NCBI GenBank assembly: GCA_964396715.1
Contig: CAYNFQ010000003.1
Coordinates: 565 to 64,564, forward strand
Length of the DNA: 64,000 bases
From: an uncultured Gammaproteobacteria bacterium
GTDB taxonomy: Bacteria > Patescibacteriota > Microgenomatia > Daviesbacterales > UBA10151
Direction of reading: 5' to 3'
Below, in pieces: positions 26,981 through 37,407 of the stretch. Positions within the stretch are counted from its first letter, which is position 1; each line of letters starts with the position of its first letter. The notes beneath the pieces are model-generated. The model did not search any database. It was not told the origin of the DNA and worked only from the letters and a program-made list of their open reading frames with translations. A program made the position numbers and the translations under genes.

Positions 26981-27388
26981 TGGAACCTTAGCTGCTACCG
27001 GGCCTCCTGTTTTTGCTACCACTTCTTTTCTGACAGTTCCGACAGTCTTTCTTTTGCCTCTTTTGGTTCTGGAGTTACTTCTGGTTCTCTGGCCCCTGAC
27101 AGGCAAACCCCTACGATGCCTGAAACCTCTGTAACTGCTGATGTCTTCCAGTCTTTTGATATTCTGTTCAATCTCTTGTTTTAAATCTCCTTCAACCTTA
27201 AATTTATCAACCACTTTTTGTAATTTGTTGATTTCTTCTTCAGTTAATTCTTTTATTCTTTTAGCTCCATCCACACCTGCATCCTGTAAAACAGACATCA
27301 CATTGGATCTTCCTATACCAAAAATATAAGTTAGCCCTATGTCTGCTCTCTTGTTCTCGGGAAGATCTACACCAGCTATACGTGCCAT
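26936..27388 (-). CDS. rpsM: 30S ribosomal protein S13. True start is MARIAGVDL at 27388; the ORF-track extension to 27445 reads through the heptamer repeats.
   Basis: [26 protein letters not shown]...; a long basic C-terminal extension. Confidence 0.9.
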   Translation of the reverse strand: MARIAGVDLPENKRADIGLTYIFGIGRSNVMSVLQDAGVDGAKRIKELTEEEINKLQKVVDKFKVEGDLKQEIEQNIKRLEDISSYRGFRHRRGLPVRGQRTRSNSRTKRGKRKTVGTVRKEVVAKTGGPVAAKVPEGGTKKKLEELKRN

Positions 27389-27403
27389 TAGTAGTTTCCT
27401 CCG

Positions 27404-27457
27404 AATTGTAAATTGTAAATTGTAAACCTGTCTGCCGACAGGCAAGATTGTAAATTC
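27404..27457. repeat. (AATTGTA)x3 + GC hairpin cctgtc-tgcc-gacagg + one more AATTGTA unit, between rpmJ and the rpsM start
   Basis: Seen directly. Confidence 0.85.
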
Positions 27458-27460
27458 ATA

Positions 27461-27577
27461 TTATCCCTGCCTTTGCTTGTGTCTTGGGTCACGTGGGCAA
27501 ATGACATATAACATACCCTCTCTCTTGACTATTTTACAAAATTTACATCTGGTTTTAATACTGGCTGCTACTTTCAT
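27461..27577 (-). CDS. rpmJ: 50S ribosomal protein L36
   Basis: Manual translation gives [38 protein letters not shown] (38 aa). It is not in the ORF track. Confidence 0.85.
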   Translation of the reverse strand: MKVAASIKTRCKFCKIVKREGMLYVICPRDPRHKQRQG

Positions 27578-27647
27578 ATTATTAGTTCTTAGTTCAGAGT
27601 GCTTAGTTCGTAGTAATTTCTATGAACTACCAACTAATAACTCATAA

Positions 27648-27905
27648 CTATTTAAGTCTAAACGTTATCCTTCCTTTATCCAAATCATATTTAGGACTCA
27701 TTTCCACTCTGACCCTGTCTCCTTCCAAAAGCCTGATATAGTGCATTCTCATCTTACCTGAAATGTGGCACAAGATCACCCTACCCAAAAGCTCGGGCAG
27801 ATCATCACACTTTTGTATCTCAACTCTGAATAAAGTATTAGGCAAAACCTCTTTAACTTTACCCTCAACCTCAATCACATCTTTTACCATAAATTTTAAA
27901 GTCAA
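27648..27905 (-). CDS. infA: Translation initiation factor IF-1
   Basis: [20 protein letters not shown]...S1-like OB fold; 85 aa. Confidence 0.85.
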   Translation of the reverse strand: MTLKFMVKDVIEVEGKVKEVLPNTLFRVEIQKCDDLPELLGRVILCHISGKMRMHYIRLLEGDRVRVEMSPKYDLDKGRITFRLK

Positions 27906-27941
27906 AGTATTTTATCAGAATCAGCCTCATAATACAACCCA

Positions 27942-28751
27942 CTATGGGATTCGCCAGTCTGTTAAAACCTCCCCCTTTCCCTTTTCCACAACCACACTCA
28001 TCTCAAAAAGTCCGGCATAAGAGTGGTCCTCAGTGGAAAAAGTCCATCCGTCTTTTTCTAAAACTACCTCAGATCCACCTTTGGCATAAATTACCTCAAT
28101 GGCCAGAGTCATCCCTCTTTTTAACAGATGTCCTGCTCCTTTCTTTCCGTACCCGGGTATCTCAGGATCCTCGTGCAAACTCCTGCCCACGCCATGCCCA
28201 ACTAAACTTTTAACTATACTATATCCTGCTCCTTCTACTTTAGATTGAATTGCTGCTGAAATATCACCCACTCTATTCCCTGCGACTGCTTGTGCTATCC
28301 CCTCCTGCAATGCCTCTTCTCCAATTTCTAAAAATTTCTCTTTTTCCTCTCTAGCTTCCAGTTTCCAGTTTCCAGCATCTACTAATACACTCCATGCGCA
28401 ATCCGTATGCCAGCCTTTATACACAACCGCCAAATCAACAGACACTATATCACCTGCAACAAACTTTCTGGCAGTAGGTATTCCGTGTACCACCTGTTCA
28501 TTAACTGTGACACAGGTGGCGTAGTTATACCCGGGTACTGATTTATAAGATAAATCCCCACCCAAACGATAAATTTCCTCCTCAGCTAATTTATCCACCT
28601 CAAGCTCGCTTACTCCAACCTTAATAGCCTGCAGAGCTTTTTTCAAAGCCGATGCGGCAATTGCTCCAGACTTTCTCATTAAACTTAACTCATATGTGTT
28701 TCTTGATTTCATCCTGGATCTTTTGTATATCTCCCGTTCCCCCAACTTCAA
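27942..28751 (-). CDS. map: Methionine aminopeptidase type I. The true start is probably internal (MKSRNT... or MRKSGAI...), which shortens the overlap with adk.
   Basis: VHGIPTARKF...D..VVYKGWHTD...HGVGRSLHEDP metal-site motifs. Confidence 0.85.
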   Translation of the reverse strand: MKLGEREIYKRSRMKSRNTYELSLMRKSGAIAASALKKALQAIKVGVSELEVDKLAEEEIYRLGGDLSYKSVPGYNYATCVTVNEQVVHGIPTARKFVAGDIVSVDLAVVYKGWHTDCAWSVLVDAGNWKLEAREEKEKFLEIGEEALQEGIAQAVAGNRVGDISAAIQSKVEGAGYSIVKSLVGHGVGRSLHEDPEIPGYGKKGAGHLLKRGMTLAIEVIYAKGGSEVVLEKDGWTFSTEDHSYAGLFEMSVVVEKGKGEVLTDWRIP

Positions 28752-29214
28752 CTAATATACCCTGACTGTTGTAGTAGTCTAGCAGTGGTTGGGTTTGTTT
28801 ATAATATAGATCCAACCTTCGTCTAATAAGTTCCTCTGTATCATCTGCTCTTCCTCTTAAAAGCAACCTTTTGATGACTGTTTCTTTGGGCACATTCAGA
28901 TAAATCACTTTATCAAACTCTGGATCAAACATATTGAGCTGTTCCAAAGTCCTAGGATAACCATCCATCACAAAACCATTTTTACAATCTTCCTCACTTA
29001 CTCTTTTTCTAACTATTTCTGCAGTAGTCTGGTCATCCACCAGCTGGCCGGAATCCAGGATATTTTTAATTCTTCTCCCCTCATCAGAACCTTCTTCTCT
29101 TATTCTTCTAAAAATATCCCCTGTTGATATTTTAGGAACTCCCGAATGCTGAGCCAGCAGATCTGCCTGTGTAGATTTACCGCTGCCTTGCGGGCCAATC
29201 AGTAAAATTTTCAT
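28690..29214 (-). CDS. adk: Adenylate kinase
   Basis: MKILLIGPQGSGKSTQADLLA P-loop; short LID. Confidence 0.9.
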   Translation of the reverse strand: MKILLIGPQGSGKSTQADLLAQHSGVPKISTGDIFRRIREEGSDEGRRIKNILDSGQLVDDQTTAEIVRKRVSEEDCKNGFVMDGYPRTLEQLNMFDPEFDKVIYLNVPKETVIKRLLLRGRADDTEELIRRRLDLYYKQTQPLLDYYNSQGILVEVGGTGDIQKIQDEIKKHI

Positions 29215-29254
29215 TCTGCCATTATATCAGCAATCTGTTATAATTAGTATTACT

Positions 29255-29488
29255 ATGAACAGGGATCTTACAGAAAAAACATTACATTCTCTTCTTTCAG
29301 GTTCTCATCCTTTGGCTAAAAAATATGCTGGAAAACAGGTCTTTGTAGTAGATAAAGAGATTATACCTATTGGAAGAAGTACAAAATCCTTGTCTGATTT
29401 TAAACAACTAAAGATAAAACATGGTAAATCACCTGTCGCTGTTTTTGTTCCTCAGCCTGGAGCATCATATATACTTATCCTCAAATGA
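29255..29488 (+). CDS. Small DUF5678-like protein; such proteins are commonly paired with retropepsin-like proteases
   Basis: 77 aa, ...KYAGKQVFVVDKEIIPIGRS...; overlaps the next gene by 4 nt. Confidence 0.3.
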   Translation: MNRDLTEKTLHSLLSGSHPLAKKYAGKQVFVVDKEIIPIGRSTKSLSDFKQLKIKHGKSPVAVFVPQPGASYILILK

Positions 29489-29895
29489 AGATATTATCCT
29501 CTCCTTTTAGTTTCAAAGGAGATGGTTATTTAGGTAAAATCTATCGGCCCTATATTCAGATACTGATCTCTTCAGATAAAATTGATGAATGGATTCCTAC
29601 AGAAATGATTGTTGACACAGGTGCTGACTATACTCTTTTTCCAAAAAGATATGCTGGATTTTTAGGAATCAATCTCAATAAGGAATGTAAAATGGAAAAA
29701 ACCCAAGGTGTGGGAGGACAAGAAAAAATTTACCTTTGTAAAAAAGGTGTTTTTATAAAAATTGGAGAGTTTAAGCAAGAAATTCCTGTAGGCTTTTTAA
29801 ACAGGGATAATATCCCTTCACTCCTAGGAAGATTGCAAGCTTTAGAAGTCTTAACTCTGACTATGAAAGATAAAACAACAAAATTTGAGATATAG
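29485..29895 (+). CDS. Retropepsin-like (clan AA) aspartic protease
   Basis: EMIVDTGADYTLFP contains the D-T/S-G-A catalytic signature of retroviral-type aspartyl proteases. Confidence 0.5.
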   Translation: MKILSSPFSFKGDGYLGKIYRPYIQILISSDKIDEWIPTEMIVDTGADYTLFPKRYAGFLGINLNKECKMEKTQGVGGQEKIYLCKKGVFIKIGEFKQEIPVGFLNRDNIPSLLGRLQALEVLTLTMKDKTTKFEI

Positions 29896-29925
29896 TCGTA
29901 CAAGCAATTGGCATAAAGTTTGTGC

Positions 29926-29942
29926 GGACACCTTGAAGGTGT
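29926..29942. terminator. Hairpin gacacc-ttgaa-ggtgtc between the convergent protease gene and the 204-aa ORF; a bidirectional terminator candidate
   Basis: Seen directly. Confidence 0.3.
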
Positions 29943-29969
29943 CAAGCTAAATTTCTTTTATTAAGGATT

Positions 29970-30584
29970 TTATTTTGAAGGAGAACTTTTTTGTTGCAAC
30001 TCCTGAAACCTTCTTCCAAGTGCATCAGATTTTAAATAATCCTTATAGGACTGCACACCTTCTGCTAATCCCTTTGATGAGTCAAACTCTGTTTTCAATC
30101 TTGTTTGGTCATTTGTCCCTAAAGCATCAAAAATACCTTTTTGTGTTGTTATCCTATTCGATATACTATGTATTTGACCCATATCAACTCCTATATTTAA
30201 ATAGATAATATTTCCATATCCATCATCCCATTGAGCAATCATTGATTCTGCCATTTCTTCGCTAGTTAACCTTTTTCCTGCCAGGACAGCTTGTTTTATA
30301 GCTTCACTATCTGTAACATGTCCTAATGGTTTAGGACTATGGACTACTTGTTCATGAATTCTATCTAATTCTGCTTTTACGGCTTGATGTTCTGCAGCAA
30401 CAGTTGCTTCAAGCCCGAGACGGAATCGTTCGCCCTGAGCAGTTAAGGCTTCTTTAAGCTTAGCATTTGCTGCTTCTCCTTCTCTTTTGATACGATCTAT
30501 TTCTGCCTGTTCTTTTTCAGAAGGTTTCATCCCCAGAAAGCCATGAATTCTGCCAATTAAGTCTGGTGGTTCTTTATCTGCCAT
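29970..30584 (-). CDS. Hypothetical 204-aa protein inserted between secY and adk
   Basis: ORF track; no recognisable motif; slightly GC-richer. Confidence 0.3.
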   Translation of the reverse strand: MADKEPPDLIGRIHGFLGMKPSEKEQAEIDRIKREGEAANAKLKEALTAQGERFRLGLEATVAAEHQAVKAELDRIHEQVVHSPKPLGHVTDSEAIKQAVLAGKRLTSEEMAESMIAQWDDGYGNIIYLNIGVDMGQIHSISNRITTQKGIFDALGTNDQTRLKTEFDSSKGLAEGVQSYKDYLKSDALGRRFQELQQKSSPSK

Positions 30585-30614
30585 GAAAAAATTATATCAT
30601 AATTCAAATTAAAC

Positions 30615-31907
30615 TTATCTTCTTGCAAAAACTTCATAACTTCTTTCAATCAACTTACTTTCAAATTGCTTGGCAGTATCCATAATGACTGACACCACAA
30701 TCAACAGCCCTGTGCCGCCCAAAATCAAGGTGGTAATGCCTGTTAAGTTAGATGCAATAGAGGGCAGTATTGCTATAGCTCCCAAAAACAAGGCCCCGAA
30801 TAAGGTAATTCTCACCATGATGTAGTTTAAAAAAGCTGCTGTTTGTATGCCCGGCCTGATGCCGGGAATAAATCCGCCGTACTTTTTGATTTCATCGGAA
30901 ACTTTTGTCGGATTAAAAATAACCGCAGTGTAAAAGTAGGTAAACCCGACCACTAACGCAAAATATACCAAATTATAGGTAAAAGCGCTGGGATTAAAAT
31001 TAGCTGCCAGCCACCTGCCCAAAAAAGAAAGCTGCGGTTGGGTAACTTGGGCCAGATATGATCCTGCAAAGGAAGGCACCAAAACCAAAGACACAGCAAA
31101 AATTATGGGGATCACTCCTGCCTGATTTACCCGCAAGGGGATGTATGTTTGAGCCCCGGATCTTTCACCTTTATCTCCGATCACCCTTCTGGCATATTGA
31201 ACCGTTATTTGCCTTCTGCCCTCATTCACAAAGACCACGCCGGCAGTGACTACAATTCCCAAACTGGCGAAAATTAATATATTAATCAATTGGGTCTGAT
31301 CAACCAAAGTAGCAGTTTGGGTAAAAACCACCGGCAAACGGGAAACTATTCCTGCAAAAATCAAAAGAGATATACCATTACCTATTCCATATTCGGTGAT
31401 CAGCTCCCCCAGCCACATCAAAAATATAGTGCCTGCGCTCAACCCCACAACTATAGCAGCAATTTGTATTGGGGCAATTTGATCAACAACGCCCTGATTT
31501 CTTAAGAGTACAAACATACCAATGGCTTGTATGGCTGCCAGAGGTATACTCAAATATCTGGTATACTGGTTAATCATCTGCCTGCCGTATTCTCCTTCTT
31601 TGGATAATGCTTCCAGTTTCGGCATTATCATGGTTAAAAGCTGCATGATGATTGAGGCATTAATATAAGGGTTCAATCCCAAAGAAATTACCGAGAAATT
31701 AACCAATGTTCCCCCTGAAAATATATCCAGCAGCCCCAAAAATTGGTTTGAGGCAAACAGTTGCTGGAGCGCCACAAGATCCACCCCTGAAACAGGAATA
31801 TGCGCCACAATTCTGAAAATTATGACAAGTATCAAAGTGATGATGATTTTTCTTCGCAGTTCGGGAATTTTAAATGCCTTAAATATGGGGGCAAGAATGT
31901 CAGACAT
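30615..31907 (-). CDS. secY: Preprotein translocase subunit SecY
   Basis: 10 TM helices; SecY signature regions. Confidence 0.9.
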   Translation of the reverse strand: MSDILAPIFKAFKIPELRRKIIITLILVIIFRIVAHIPVSGVDLVALQQLFASNQFLGLLDIFSGGTLVNFSVISLGLNPYINASIIMQLLTMIMPKLEALSKEGEYGRQMINQYTRYLSIPLAAIQAIGMFVLLRNQGVVDQIAPIQIAAIVVGLSAGTIFLMWLGELITEYGIGNGISLLIFAGIVSRLPVVFTQTATLVDQTQLINILIFASLGIVVTAGVVFVNEGRRQITVQYARRVIGDKGERSGAQTYIPLRVNQAGVIPIIFAVSLVLVPSFAGSYLAQVTQPQLSFLGRWLAANFNPSAFTYNLVYFALVVGFTYFYTAVIFNPTKVSDEIKKYGGFIPGIRPGIQTAAFLNYIMVRITLFGALFLGAIAILPSIASNLTGITTLILGGTGLLIVVSVIMDTAKQFESKLIERSYEVFARR

Positions 31908-32331
31908 ATTCCACCTTTCCGCCTTTTTCTTCTATTTTCTTTTTTGCTCTTTGGGAAACAGGCAGTCTCACAGTCAAAGATACATTAATTTCCCCATTGC
32001 CTAAAATTTTTACTCCTTTTTTCGCATCTTTTTCCTTGATCAGCCCCAGCTTTAGTAACTGCTCGATATCCACAATGGTTTTAGCTTTAAGTTTCCCCAA
32101 GTCCGCCAGATTTACCACAGAAAATTTGTCTGAAACCTGAGGGTTGCCTAAACCCCTTCTTAAGGGTAATTTTTTATACAGGTTGTTGCCGGAAAATGCC
32201 ACAGTTAGCTTACCCCTGCTCTTTTGTCCCTTAGTGCCCCGTCCTGCAGTCTTGCCCAATCCGGAACCAATACCACGGCCTACCCGTTTGTTACCTTTTC
32301 CTTTACTTTTAATCAGTTTATGTAGTTTCAT
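31900..32331 (-). CDS. rplO: 50S ribosomal protein L15
   Basis: [25 protein letters not shown]. Confidence 0.9.
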   Translation of the reverse strand: MKLHKLIKSKGKGNKRVGRGIGSGLGKTAGRGTKGQKSRGKLTVAFSGNNLYKKLPLRRGLGNPQVSDKFSVVNLADLGKLKAKTIVDIEQLLKLGLIKEKDAKKGVKILGNGEINVSLTVRLPVSQRAKKKIEEKGGKVEYV

Positions 32332-32804
32332 ACGGATCTTAACTGACTTAGTGCCTCCATTGTGGCGTAAACATTTGATGCTTTATTTTTGGTTCCCAGA
32401 GATTTGGAAACTATATCGTGAATGCCGGCAGCCTCAACCACCACCCGCACCGCTCCTCCGGCAATCACACCCGTACCAGTTGGAGCGGGTTTGAGTAAAA
32501 CTTTGGCGGCGCCGTTTTTAATCAAAACCTGGTGAGGAATAGTTCTATCCTTAAGAGGCACTGTAATCAAATGTTTTTTTGCATAAGTTGTGGCTTTTCT
32601 GACAGCTGATTGAACCTCAGAGGCTTTGCCCAAGCCTACCCCCACTTTTCCCTTTCTATCTCCAACAACTACCAAAACCGACAGAGATCTCTTATCTCCT
32701 CCTTTGGTTTTTTTGGAAACTCTGTTTACCTGAACCACTCTTTCAAAGTACTCCTGCAATTCTGTATTTATTGGTTGATTATTGATATTTGACACATTTG
32801 ACAT
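32328..32804 (-). CDS. rpsE: 30S ribosomal protein S5. It overlaps rplO by 4 nt, so there is no L30 gene.
   Basis: RVSKKTKGG...VVVGD..G.VG.G; the first codons lie in a heptamer array. Confidence 0.9.
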   Translation of the reverse strand: MSNVSNINNQPINTELQEYFERVVQVNRVSKKTKGGDKRSLSVLVVVGDRKGKVGVGLGKASEVQSAVRKATTYAKKHLITVPLKDRTIPHQVLIKNGAAKVLLKPAPTGTGVIAGGAVRVVVEAAGIHDIVSKSLGTKNKASNVYATMEALSQLRSV

Positions 32805-32837
32805 TTGAAATTTGAAATTAGAAATTTAAAATTCTAA
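32787..32837. repeat. Degenerate heptamer array (ATTTGAN)x6-7 spanning the rpsE start codon and the rplR-rpsE gap
   Basis: Seen directly. Confidence 0.8.
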
Positions 32838-33158
32838 CCCTCCTTCTCTGGCCCCTTTGGCAACCTGGGCTATTCTACCATGATACAAAAATCCGCCTCT
32901 GTCAAAAACTACCTTTTTGATCTTGTTCTTTAATGCTTTTTCAGCTAAAGTCTTGCCTGTCTGATATGCTTTCTCCATCTTTTTGCCATCCATCTTTACA
33001 TCAGAGAAAGAAACTAAAGTTTTACCAATCTCATCATCTATAATCTGAGCATAGATATGCTGATTAGATCTAAATACAGCTAACCTGGGGCATTCTTTGG
33101 TACCCCCGATCTTCCTTCTTATTTTCTGATGTCTTTTTTCCCTTAATACTGAATACAT
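32826..33158 (-). CDS. rplR: 50S ribosomal protein L18
   Basis: [18 protein letters not shown]...[12 protein letters not shown]. Confidence 0.9.
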   Translation of the reverse strand: MYSVLREKRHQKIRRKIGGTKECPRLAVFRSNQHIYAQIIDDEIGKTLVSFSDVKMDGKKMEKAYQTGKTLAEKALKNKIKKVVFDRGGFLYHGRIAQVAKGAREGGLEF

Positions 33159-33169
33159 AATACTTAATA

Positions 33170-33736
33170 CTATTTCGCTCCTCCTGCTTGGACTGTCCCT
33201 ACTTTGGCGCTCTTTCCCACCTTCTTTCTGATATATTCACCCTCAAATCTGATTCCTTTACCCTTATAAACATCGGGGATTCTCACCTTCTTGATATTGG
33301 CGGCAATTTGTCCCACTAATTGTTTATCAATACCCATCACTTTAATTTTGGTATTATCTGCTACCTCAAAGGCAATCCCCGCAGGTGCTACAATCTCCAC
33401 CTGATGGGAATAACCCACATTTAAAACTAACTTGTCTCCGGCAACTTGGGCCCTAAACCCAACACCAACAAGTTCCAAGTTTTTACTCCAGCCCTCTGTC
33501 ACACCCAAAACCATATTGGCAGTTAAATTTCTAAATAGCCCATGCAGGGCTTTATTTCTTTTTAGGTCATTTTTCCTTTTAACCAAAACTTGATCTCCTG
33601 CTATCTCAACCTTAATTCCAGGCGCTACAGTGATGCTAAGATGCCCCTTGGGACCATTCACCATCAAATTAGCCCCATCTTTTTGAATGGTTACTCCCGG
33701 TGGTATGGTGATGGGTGCTGCTCCTATTCTACTCAT
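33170..33736 (-). CDS. rplF: 50S ribosomal protein L6
   Basis: [18 protein letters not shown]...two L6 repeats. Confidence 0.9.
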   Translation of the reverse strand: MSRIGAAPITIPPGVTIQKDGANLMVNGPKGHLSITVAPGIKVEIAGDQVLVKRKNDLKRNKALHGLFRNLTANMVLGVTEGWSKNLELVGVGFRAQVAGDKLVLNVGYSHQVEIVAPAGIAFEVADNTKIKVMGIDKQLVGQIAANIKKVRIPDVYKGKGIRFEGEYIRKKVGKSAKVGTVQAGGAK

Positions 33737-33743
33737 ATGTTAC

Positions 33744-34121
33744 TTACCAGATTAATGCCAGTACCTCCCCTCCTACTTTGGCTGCTCTTGCCTGATTGTC
33801 AGTCATCAAACCCTTGGGCGTTGAAATTACCGCTATACCCAAACCATTTAATACTCTTGGCAGATCTTTAACACCTTTGTAAATTCTTAAAGAAGGTTTT
33901 GACACTCTTTCTATCTCGGTAATGGCAGGTTTTCTTAAATGATATTTTAAGATCACTTTAATCTCTCTGTCTTTATGTGAAACACTTTCAATGTAGCCTT
34001 CTTTTTTAAGGAGCTGTATCAGTTTAAGAATCAGTTTTGAATACCTGAGCAAAACCTGCTCTTTACCAACCTGATAGCCATTTTTTATTCTTATCAGCGC
34101 ATCTGCCACAGGATCATTCAT
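33744..34121 (-). CDS. rpsH: 30S ribosomal protein S8
   Basis: MNDPVADALIRIKNGY. Confidence 0.9.
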   Translation of the reverse strand: MNDPVADALIRIKNGYQVGKEQVLLRYSKLILKLIQLLKKEGYIESVSHKDREIKVILKYHLRKPAITEIERVSKPSLRIYKGVKDLPRVLNGLGIAVISTPKGLMTDNQARAAKVGGEVLALIW

Positions 34122-34122
34122 A

Positions 34123-34302
34123 TTACCAGCTCGCTTTCTTCACACCCGGCAATGCACCGACGTGTGCCAGCTCTCTGAAACAAAGCCTGCAAAGCCCGAA
34201 TTTTCTCAAATATGATCTTGCCCTACCGCACTTCATACAGCGGTTTTTCTTTTGTACTTCATATTTAAACTTCTTTTTTACAATATTTGATACTTTAGCC
34301 AT
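34123..34302 (-). CDS. rpsZ: 30S ribosomal protein S14 type Z (zinc-binding, 59 aa). True start is MAKVSNIV; the ORF-track N-extension is spurious.
   Basis: [25 protein letters not shown] CxxC...CxxC. Confidence 0.85.
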   Translation of the reverse strand: MAKVSNIVKKKFKYEVQKKNRCMKCGRARSYLRKFGLCRLCFRELAHVGALPGVKKASW

Positions 34303-34303
34303 A

Positions 34304-34849
34304 TTAACTCCTAAACGGCATTCCCAATGCCTCAAGTAATTTTTTACCCGCTTCGCGATTTTTGGCCGTGGTGGTAATGGTGACAGCCAACCCCCGCACT
34401 TTATCTATGATTTTATAATCCACTTCAGGAAAAATAATCTGTTCCCGCAGTCCTAAGTTTAAATTTCCGGAATGGTCAAAAGAGTTGGCAGACACTCCCT
34501 TAAAATCCCGCACTTTTGGTAAAACTATATTGATAAATTTATCCAAAAAAGCGTACATTTTCTCACCCCGCAATATGACCATGATTCCAACAGGCTGACC
34601 TTTGGCTACTTTAAATGAGGCAATTGATTTTTTTGCATACGTTACCAGAGGCAGTTGTCCGCTCAATGCTGAGAGGTAAACCTTCACCTTTTCCAAAATC
34701 CCGCTGTTGTCTTTGGCCTCTCCCAGCCCCATGCTGATGACGATTTTTTCCACTTTTGGCACTGCCATAATATTTTTAAGCCCCAAATCCATCCTTAATT
34801 TATTTTTTATTTCTTTAAGATATTTTTCTTTTAACCTTTGCATAATCAC
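34304..34849 (-). CDS. rplE: 50S ribosomal protein L5
   Basis: [12 protein letters not shown]...L5 signature. Confidence 0.9.
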   Translation of the reverse strand: MIMQRLKEKYLKEIKNKLRMDLGLKNIMAVPKVEKIVISMGLGEAKDNSGILEKVKVYLSALSGQLPLVTYAKKSIASFKVAKGQPVGIMVILRGEKMYAFLDKFINIVLPKVRDFKGVSANSFDHSGNLNLGLREQIIFPEVDYKIIDKVRGLAVTITTTAKNREAGKKLLEALGMPFRS

Positions 34850-35151
34850 TTAATCTCCTTTGTGCACTTTTTACATATTCTCATCTTACTTGTACCTGCT
34901 ATCTGGTATCCCACCCTGGTCACTTTTTGGCAATTTGGGCAAATTAATCCCACGTTGGATATATTCATCGGTTTGGGAATATCAATAATACCTCCCTGGG
35001 TATCTCCCATTTTTCTGACATGCCTTTTGTAAAGATTTGCCCCTTCCACAAACACTCTGCCCTTCTTTGCCAAAACATATGCCACACTACCCTCTTTCCC
35101 TCTATCTTTACCAAGTAAAATTTTTACCTTGTCCCCCTTTTTGATTTTCAT
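34846..35151 (-). CDS. rplX: 50S ribosomal protein L24 with a C-terminal zinc-ribbon extension
   Basis: KIKKGDKVKILLGKDRGKEGSV KOW domain, then CPNCQKV...CKKCTKE. Confidence 0.85.
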   Translation of the reverse strand: MKIKKGDKVKILLGKDRGKEGSVAYVLAKKGRVFVEGANLYKRHVRKMGDTQGGIIDIPKPMNISNVGLICPNCQKVTRVGYQIAGTSKMRICKKCTKEIK

Positions 35152-35167
35152 AGTGAGCGTAGTCGAA

Positions 35168-35536
35168 CTACCATACCTCCTGTGCTAAAGAAATAATCTT
35201 AGTAAAACCCTTATCTCTAACCTCTCTGGCAATCGGGCCAAAAATTCTGGTTGCGCGCAAATTTCCATCATCATCCACTACAACGCCTGCATTATCATCA
35301 AACTTTATGTAAGAACCATCAGAGCGCCTGAGTTCTTTTTTAGTCCTGACTATGACAGTTTTGACAATCTCATGATCTTTAACCTGACCATTAGGATCAG
35401 CTCCTTTAACCACTGCCACCACCAGTTGTCCCAAAGTGGCTTTTCTTTTACCGGATCCGCCTAAAGGTTGGATCACCTGCAAGGCTTTGGCTCCGCTATT
35501 ATCTGCAACTGTCAGTCTAGTCCTGTGTTGAACCAT
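35168..35536 (-). CDS. rplN: 50S ribosomal protein L14
   Basis: [17 protein letters not shown]. Confidence 0.9.
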   Translation of the reverse strand: MVQHRTRLTVADNSGAKALQVIQPLGGSGKRKATLGQLVVAVVKGADPNGQVKDHEIVKTVIVRTKKELRRSDGSYIKFDDNAGVVVDDDGNLRATRIFGPIAREVRDKGFTKIISLAQEVW

Positions 35537-35592
35537 AAAGTTAGGGAATAGTGAATAGGGTTTAGTGATTAGTCGAAATCACAAATCTTAAG

Positions 35593-36048
35593 CTATTCCT
35601 TACCTCCTTTCTCTATCTTTGAAGAAGATTTTATTTTTTTTACTGGTTTTTCTTTAATTTTTTCTGACTGTTTACTGTCCACTGTACCCTGCCGCCTTTG
35701 GCGAGCCTCGTCTTTGACGGGTTCACTTGCTTTGTCCTCCGGCATTACCTGCCTGCCGGCAGGCACGGCCTCAGCAATCACCTCTTCTGCTGCCATCTTC
35801 TGCTCAGCCTCAACAATTTCTGCTAAATTTTTGCCGACAACTTTGGTAATTTTGAAATGTTTATTCTTAGATACCGGCTTGCATTTTATGATCTCCACTA
35901 TATCTCCGTCTTTCACTCCAATAGAATCATCCGCTAAGTATTTTTTAGTTCTAATAAATGTTTTTTTATACAGGGGGTGGGCAGCTACTCGCTCCACAAT
36001 GACCGTGGCTGTATTTTGTAATTTTGTTGATGTCACCCTACCAATCAT
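35593..36048 (-). CDS. rpsQ: 30S ribosomal protein S17 with a C-terminal extension of about 70 aa
   Basis: Canonical S17 OB fold in residues 1-80; the extension contains the 32-bp repeat and a GC palindrome. Confidence 0.85.
   Translation of the reverse strand: MIGRVTSTKLQNTATVIVERVAAHPLYKKTFIRTKKYLADDSIGVKDGDIVEIIKCKPVSKNKHFKITKVVGKNLAEIVEAEQKMAAEEVIAEAVPAGRQVMPEDKASEPVKDEARQRRQGTVDSKQSEKIKEKPVKKIKSSSKIEKGGKE
35690..35721. repeat. 32-bp GC-rich element, copy 2, inside the rpsQ C-terminal extension (encodes PVKDEARQRRQ)
   Basis: Identical to 26479-26510. Confidence 0.85.
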
Positions 36049-36350
36049 TATTTTCTACCTCCATTTTTTCGGTTATCAGTCTGTGGTTTGCGGTCTTCAG
36101 ATTGACCGACAACTGATTTACTTTGACCTGACAACTGAGAACTTAGAACTGATAACTGTTCTTTCTGTCTTAATATGGTCAAAACCCGTGCCAAATCTTT
36201 TTTCTTTTTATTAACTTGTTTTAAATCCTGTAATTTTTTCATATTTTTATCCATCGTCAGATCTGCAATTTCTTTTTTGAAAGCTGTGATCTTCTCTTTT
36301 AACTCTTTTACATCCAATCCTTTAATCTGCGTCAGTTCATTTTTTTTCAT
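36048..36350 (-). CDS. rpmC: 50S ribosomal protein L29 (extended C-terminus)
   Basis: [31 protein letters not shown]. Confidence 0.85.
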   Translation of the reverse strand: MKKNELTQIKGLDVKELKEKITAFKKEIADLTMDKNMKKLQDLKQVNKKKKDLARVLTILRQKEQLSVLSSQLSGQSKSVVGQSEDRKPQTDNRKNGGRK

Positions 36351-36766
36351 ACATTGCCTTTCTCCACAAATTTAGTCTCTACAGGCAGTTTGTGTGAGGC
36401 TAACCTTAATGCTTCTTCTGCAACATCTCTTGTCACAGCTCCCATTTCAAAAATCAGAGTCCCTGGTTTGACCACTGCCACATATCCTTCCACATCCCCT
36501 TTTCCGGAGCCCATTCTTGATTCGGCCGGGTGTTTGGTAACCGGTTTGTCGGGAAAAACCCTAATCCAAATACGCCCGCCCCGCTGAGTATAATGAGCCA
36601 TGGCCCGTCTGGCTGCTTCCAGTTGCCTTGAGGAAAGCCAGCCGGCTGCCATAGCTTTTATGCCAAAGGTGCCAAAAGATAGGGTGTTGCCGCGTGTGGC
36701 AATCCCTCCCCTTTTACCTTTAAAAGCCTTCCTATGTTTGCTTCTTTTTGGTTGTAGCAGTGCCAT
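36347..36766 (-). CDS. rplP: 50S ribosomal protein L16
   Basis: [21 protein letters not shown]. Confidence 0.9.
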   Translation of the reverse strand: MALLQPKRSKHRKAFKGKRGGIATRGNTLSFGTFGIKAMAAGWLSSRQLEAARRAMAHYTQRGGRIWIRVFPDKPVTKHPAESRMGSGKGDVEGYVAVVKPGTLIFEMGAVTRDVAEEALRLASHKLPVETKFVEKGNV

Positions 36767-37407
36767 TAAATCTCTACCTCCCCTTTGTTAATCCATACTT
36801 TAACGCCTACATATCCTGATTTTGTTAAAGCCGGATAGACCGTAAAATCAATGTTTGCTCTCAAGGTATGCAATGGCATTGTTCCTTGAGCCTTCCGCTC
36901 ACGCCTGGCAATTTCCGCTCCGCCAATTCTGCCTGATAAAACAATCCGCACACCTTTGGCCCCGGCCCTCATCACTCTTTCAATTGATTGGTTCATCACT
37001 CTTTGAGCAGGCAATCTTCTGGCAAGCTGTTCCGCCACAGACTGGGCAACCAAGTAAGAGGAAAGGTCTGCAGATTTTAACTCCATCGGGGCAATTTCCA
37101 GACTGTTTTCATCTTTAATTTTTAACTCCTTCATTAAAAATTTCTTCAGTTCTGTTAAACCGCTTCCTCCTCTGCCGATTAAAATCCCCGGGCGGGACAC
37201 AAAAATTATCACCTTCAATTTATTGACCGCCCTCTCAATTTCCACTGACTGAATTCCGGCAGGCCTTAATTTTTTCATCAAAAGCTCTCTAATTTTGATA
37301 TCCTCCAAAACATTCTGTCTGTATCTTGCTCCATGCGCATACCATCTTGATTTCCAAGAAGTTCCAATACCCATTCTAAAACCAACCGGATGAATTTTTT
37401 GTCCCAT
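36766..37407 (-). CDS. rpsC: 30S ribosomal protein S3
   Basis: [14 protein letters not shown]...KH domain. Confidence 0.9.
   Translation of the reverse strand: MGQKIHPVGFRMGIGTSWKSRWYAHGARYRQNVLEDIKIRELLMKKLRPAGIQSVEIERAVNKLKVIIFVSRPGILIGRGGSGLTELKKFLMKELKIKDENSLEIAPMELKSADLSSYLVAQSVAEQLARRLPAQRVMNQSIERVMRAGAKGVRIVLSGRIGGAEIARRERKAQGTMPLHTLRANIDFTVYPALTKSGYVGVKVWINKGEVEI

Noticed and set aside
27389-27445. N-terminal extension of the rpsM ORF ([19 protein letters not shown]) reading through the heptamer array and hairpin
   Set aside because: Canonical S13 begins at MARIAGVDL (27388). The extension is the intergenic repeat element translated by chance. The same reasoning applies to the extended track starts of rpsS, rpsZ, rpsI and rpoB.
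36050-36130. Approximate (ACAACTGA)-type octamer repeats in the L29 C-terminal extension
   Set aside because: Too degenerate to call as an array. It may be a decayed member of the heptamer family, but the evidence is weak.
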